Assembly (NCBI GenBank): GCA_000708835.1 | Contig: DF237441.1 | Location: 1 to 64,000, forward strand | DNA length: 64,000 nucleotides | Origin: Klebsormidium nitens | Lineage: Eukaryota; Plantae; Klebsormidiophyceae | Direction: 5' to 3' | Part shown: piece after piece, positions 62,186-64,000 of the stretch | Layout of the letters: every line of letters begins with the position of its first letter | How positions within the stretch are numbered: the first letter of the stretch is position 1 | Made by a program: the position numbers and the translations under genes | Notes under the pieces: model-generated | Databases searched by the model: none | Told to the model about the DNA's origin: nothing | What the model saw: only the letters and a program-made list of their open reading frames with translations

Positions 62186-64000
62186 ATGCGACCAAAATTG
62201 CAACGGGGCCACCAAGCGGAGAAGGTGGCCGCAGCAGAGGATGAGGTTGGTAACTTGGAGAACCCGGGGGGAGCGCAAGTCCCGAGGGGGTCCGAACCTA
62301 CAATCGACATACTAGAGCTAGACGAGTTTGGCCTTCATGCTAACTGGGGACTAGAGGGTTATCTGTCATACGTGGAAACCCTTGCTACGCAAAACAAGTG
62401 GTCCCCAGAGAAAAAAACGGAGGCGGAAGCTCATTTTCTAGCACAATTTGCAGAGCTTCGAAGCGGGGAGCAATCTACTCCGCCAGAGACCATGCAGACA
62501 GAGGAACGGGCTCCGGAAGAAGTCCGAAAGGAGCGGCGCATTATGAGCTCAGAAGAATAACGGGCTCAGATTGACGACATTGCACGGAACAATGCTCCAT
62601 TTGAGAACCCCCTCGGTCACTGAGAACCTGAGGAAGACGATCCTCAGAAAAGCGGACACTTGAATGCGGCGGGGGAAGACGATCCCGATGCGCCCACCGA
62701 ATCGGAGCTGCAAGCCGAAATGACGTTCAAGCAACATGCACGAGGGGAGGAAGCGCCCGCAGAGGATGAAGAGGAAGAAGAAGGGGGGGAGCTGCAGTCG
62801 ATGTTGGGAGATCCTGGTCGGGATATGGACCCAGCAGAGCAGCACAGGAGGCACAAGGCAGCAGTAGCAAGCTTTCGAAAGACCTCGAGAGAACTTGTGA
62901 CGGCCGGCAAGCAGCCTCGAAAGAAGCCGCAAAGCAAAGCAACAGGTCGAAAGCCATCAAGCGTCTGGGCCGTGGTGGGGGCCTGGTGGGGGGCAAGAAG
63001 CCGGTGGCTGAGGCGGTGGCGCTTGCAGGCAAGCCGGAGGCAGCAGGGGCCACGGGGCAGAAAAGCTCAGGGGGTGCCCAAAAAAAGAAAGTAGCACCGA
63101 CGGGCGCCATTGGGAAGCCGGCAGCTGGGGAGGGGAAGCAAAAGCTCGCGATGGGAGGCAGTGGAAAGGCGGTGGTTGGAGGCAACCGGAAAACATTGGC
63201 GGCGCTCAGGCGCTGGGAGTCCGCGAAGAGGCCGCGGCGGTACAAGCCGGGCACCGTAGCGCTCAGAGAAATTAGGAAGTACCAGAAGAGCACGGACAAC
63301 CTTATTCCACGAAGCACATTCGCCCGGATCGTGAAGCGCCTGTGCAACACGTGAGTCGAAACGAGAAGACCTCATGTAAGTTTTTTGATGATGTGGGCGG
63401 TCGTTTTTTTGGACTGAAAAGCTTTCTCCATGAAGTTTAATGGTTTTGAAAGCATGCGGTCTGCTTTGCTCTGGGCCCAATGATCCGATCCGGCAGCCAG
63501 CTTTCCGAAAGTGATTACTCGGACAAGACTGCGGCCGGGCCATCTCCGAAAGTAGGCGGATCATTGTGATTTTGGATTTCATGAGTGAGAACCTCTGCAA
63601 CACTCGAGCCGTGGACCGGCTATTTTCCGAAAGCGGGTACATTGGCGGGGTTCCGGACATCATGCGGGAGATGAACTGGTCAATGTTCGAGCTTTGCACT
63701 GATGTCTTGATGACTATCTTGCAGGTGGCAGGCGTCGGCGTTGGGGGCCTTGTTGGAGGCAAGTCAGGACTTTGTCGTAGGGCTGTTTGGTGACGCGATC
63801 TTCTGCCAGGCGCACGGCNNNNNNNNNNNNNNNNNNNNTTCTGCCAGGCACACGGAAACCGGAAGACTCTGATGAAAAAAGAACCGCACCTGGCGAAACG
63901 GAATCGAGGCATCCGTAATGAGGACAACAAACTCCCACTGCAAGAGGCTGTAGAGCACGTCGTGGACCGACGTGATACCAGGGTCTATGACCCGGACCCA
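62186..64000 (+). pseudogene. Giant histone H3/CENH3-fold gene, copy B (runs off the window end)
   Basis: Acidic N-terminal region with in-frame TAA (62558) and TGA (62621), then GKQPRK and a frameshift before ~62990. [42 protein letters not shown]; donor at 63351 or 63376; acceptor at 63724. Then WQASALGALLEASQDFVVGLFGDAIFCQAHG and, after the N gap, NRKTLMKKEPHLAKRNRGIRNEDNKLPLQEAVEH. Confidence 0.85.
63819..63838. other. 20-N gap whose flanks overlap imperfectly
   Basis: Left TTCTGCCAGGCGCACGGC versus right TTCTGCCAGGCACACGGA (16/18; both differences are synonymous third positions). Confidence 0.9.

Noticed and set aside
55962-64000. Giant-virus origin of the histone-fold genes
   Set aside because: The genes have spliceosomal introns and a near-canonical plant H3.3 alphaN, and no viral hallmark genes occur in the window.

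Overview
Eukaryotic genomic DNA with GT-AG introns and GC-rich exons. It resembles a streptophyte green alga such as Klebsormidium; this is an inference from gene structure and plant-type domains. No rRNA, tRNA or CRISPR signal was seen. The left end holds an apparently intact 11-exon tRNA m5U54 methyltransferase (TRM2/TRMT2A, plant-type CCCH-RRM-MTase) and a secreted seven-bladed Kelch gene with two frameshifts. Most of the rest is decayed genes and non-autonomous DNA transposons: two PIF/Harbinger-type MITEs, a TTAA-flanked piggyBac-like element and an 84-bp palindrome. The decayed genes are largely chromatin- or nucleic-acid-related: a ~1,450-aa 2x GATA-like zinc finger + Tudor protein, an intronless RS2Z-like RRM copy, and a head-to-head paralog pair with a possible BAH remnant. 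The top finding is a divergent pair of giant histone-H3-fold genes at 56-64 kb. Each has an H3.3-like alphaN, a CENH3-like fold, a long acidic N-terminal extension and a shared C-terminal extension; copy A splices into a ~1,100-aa protein. The palindrome TGACGTCA occurs 13 times against about 1 expected, in exons in two reading frames and in non-coding DNA. All coordinates and counts were read by eye.
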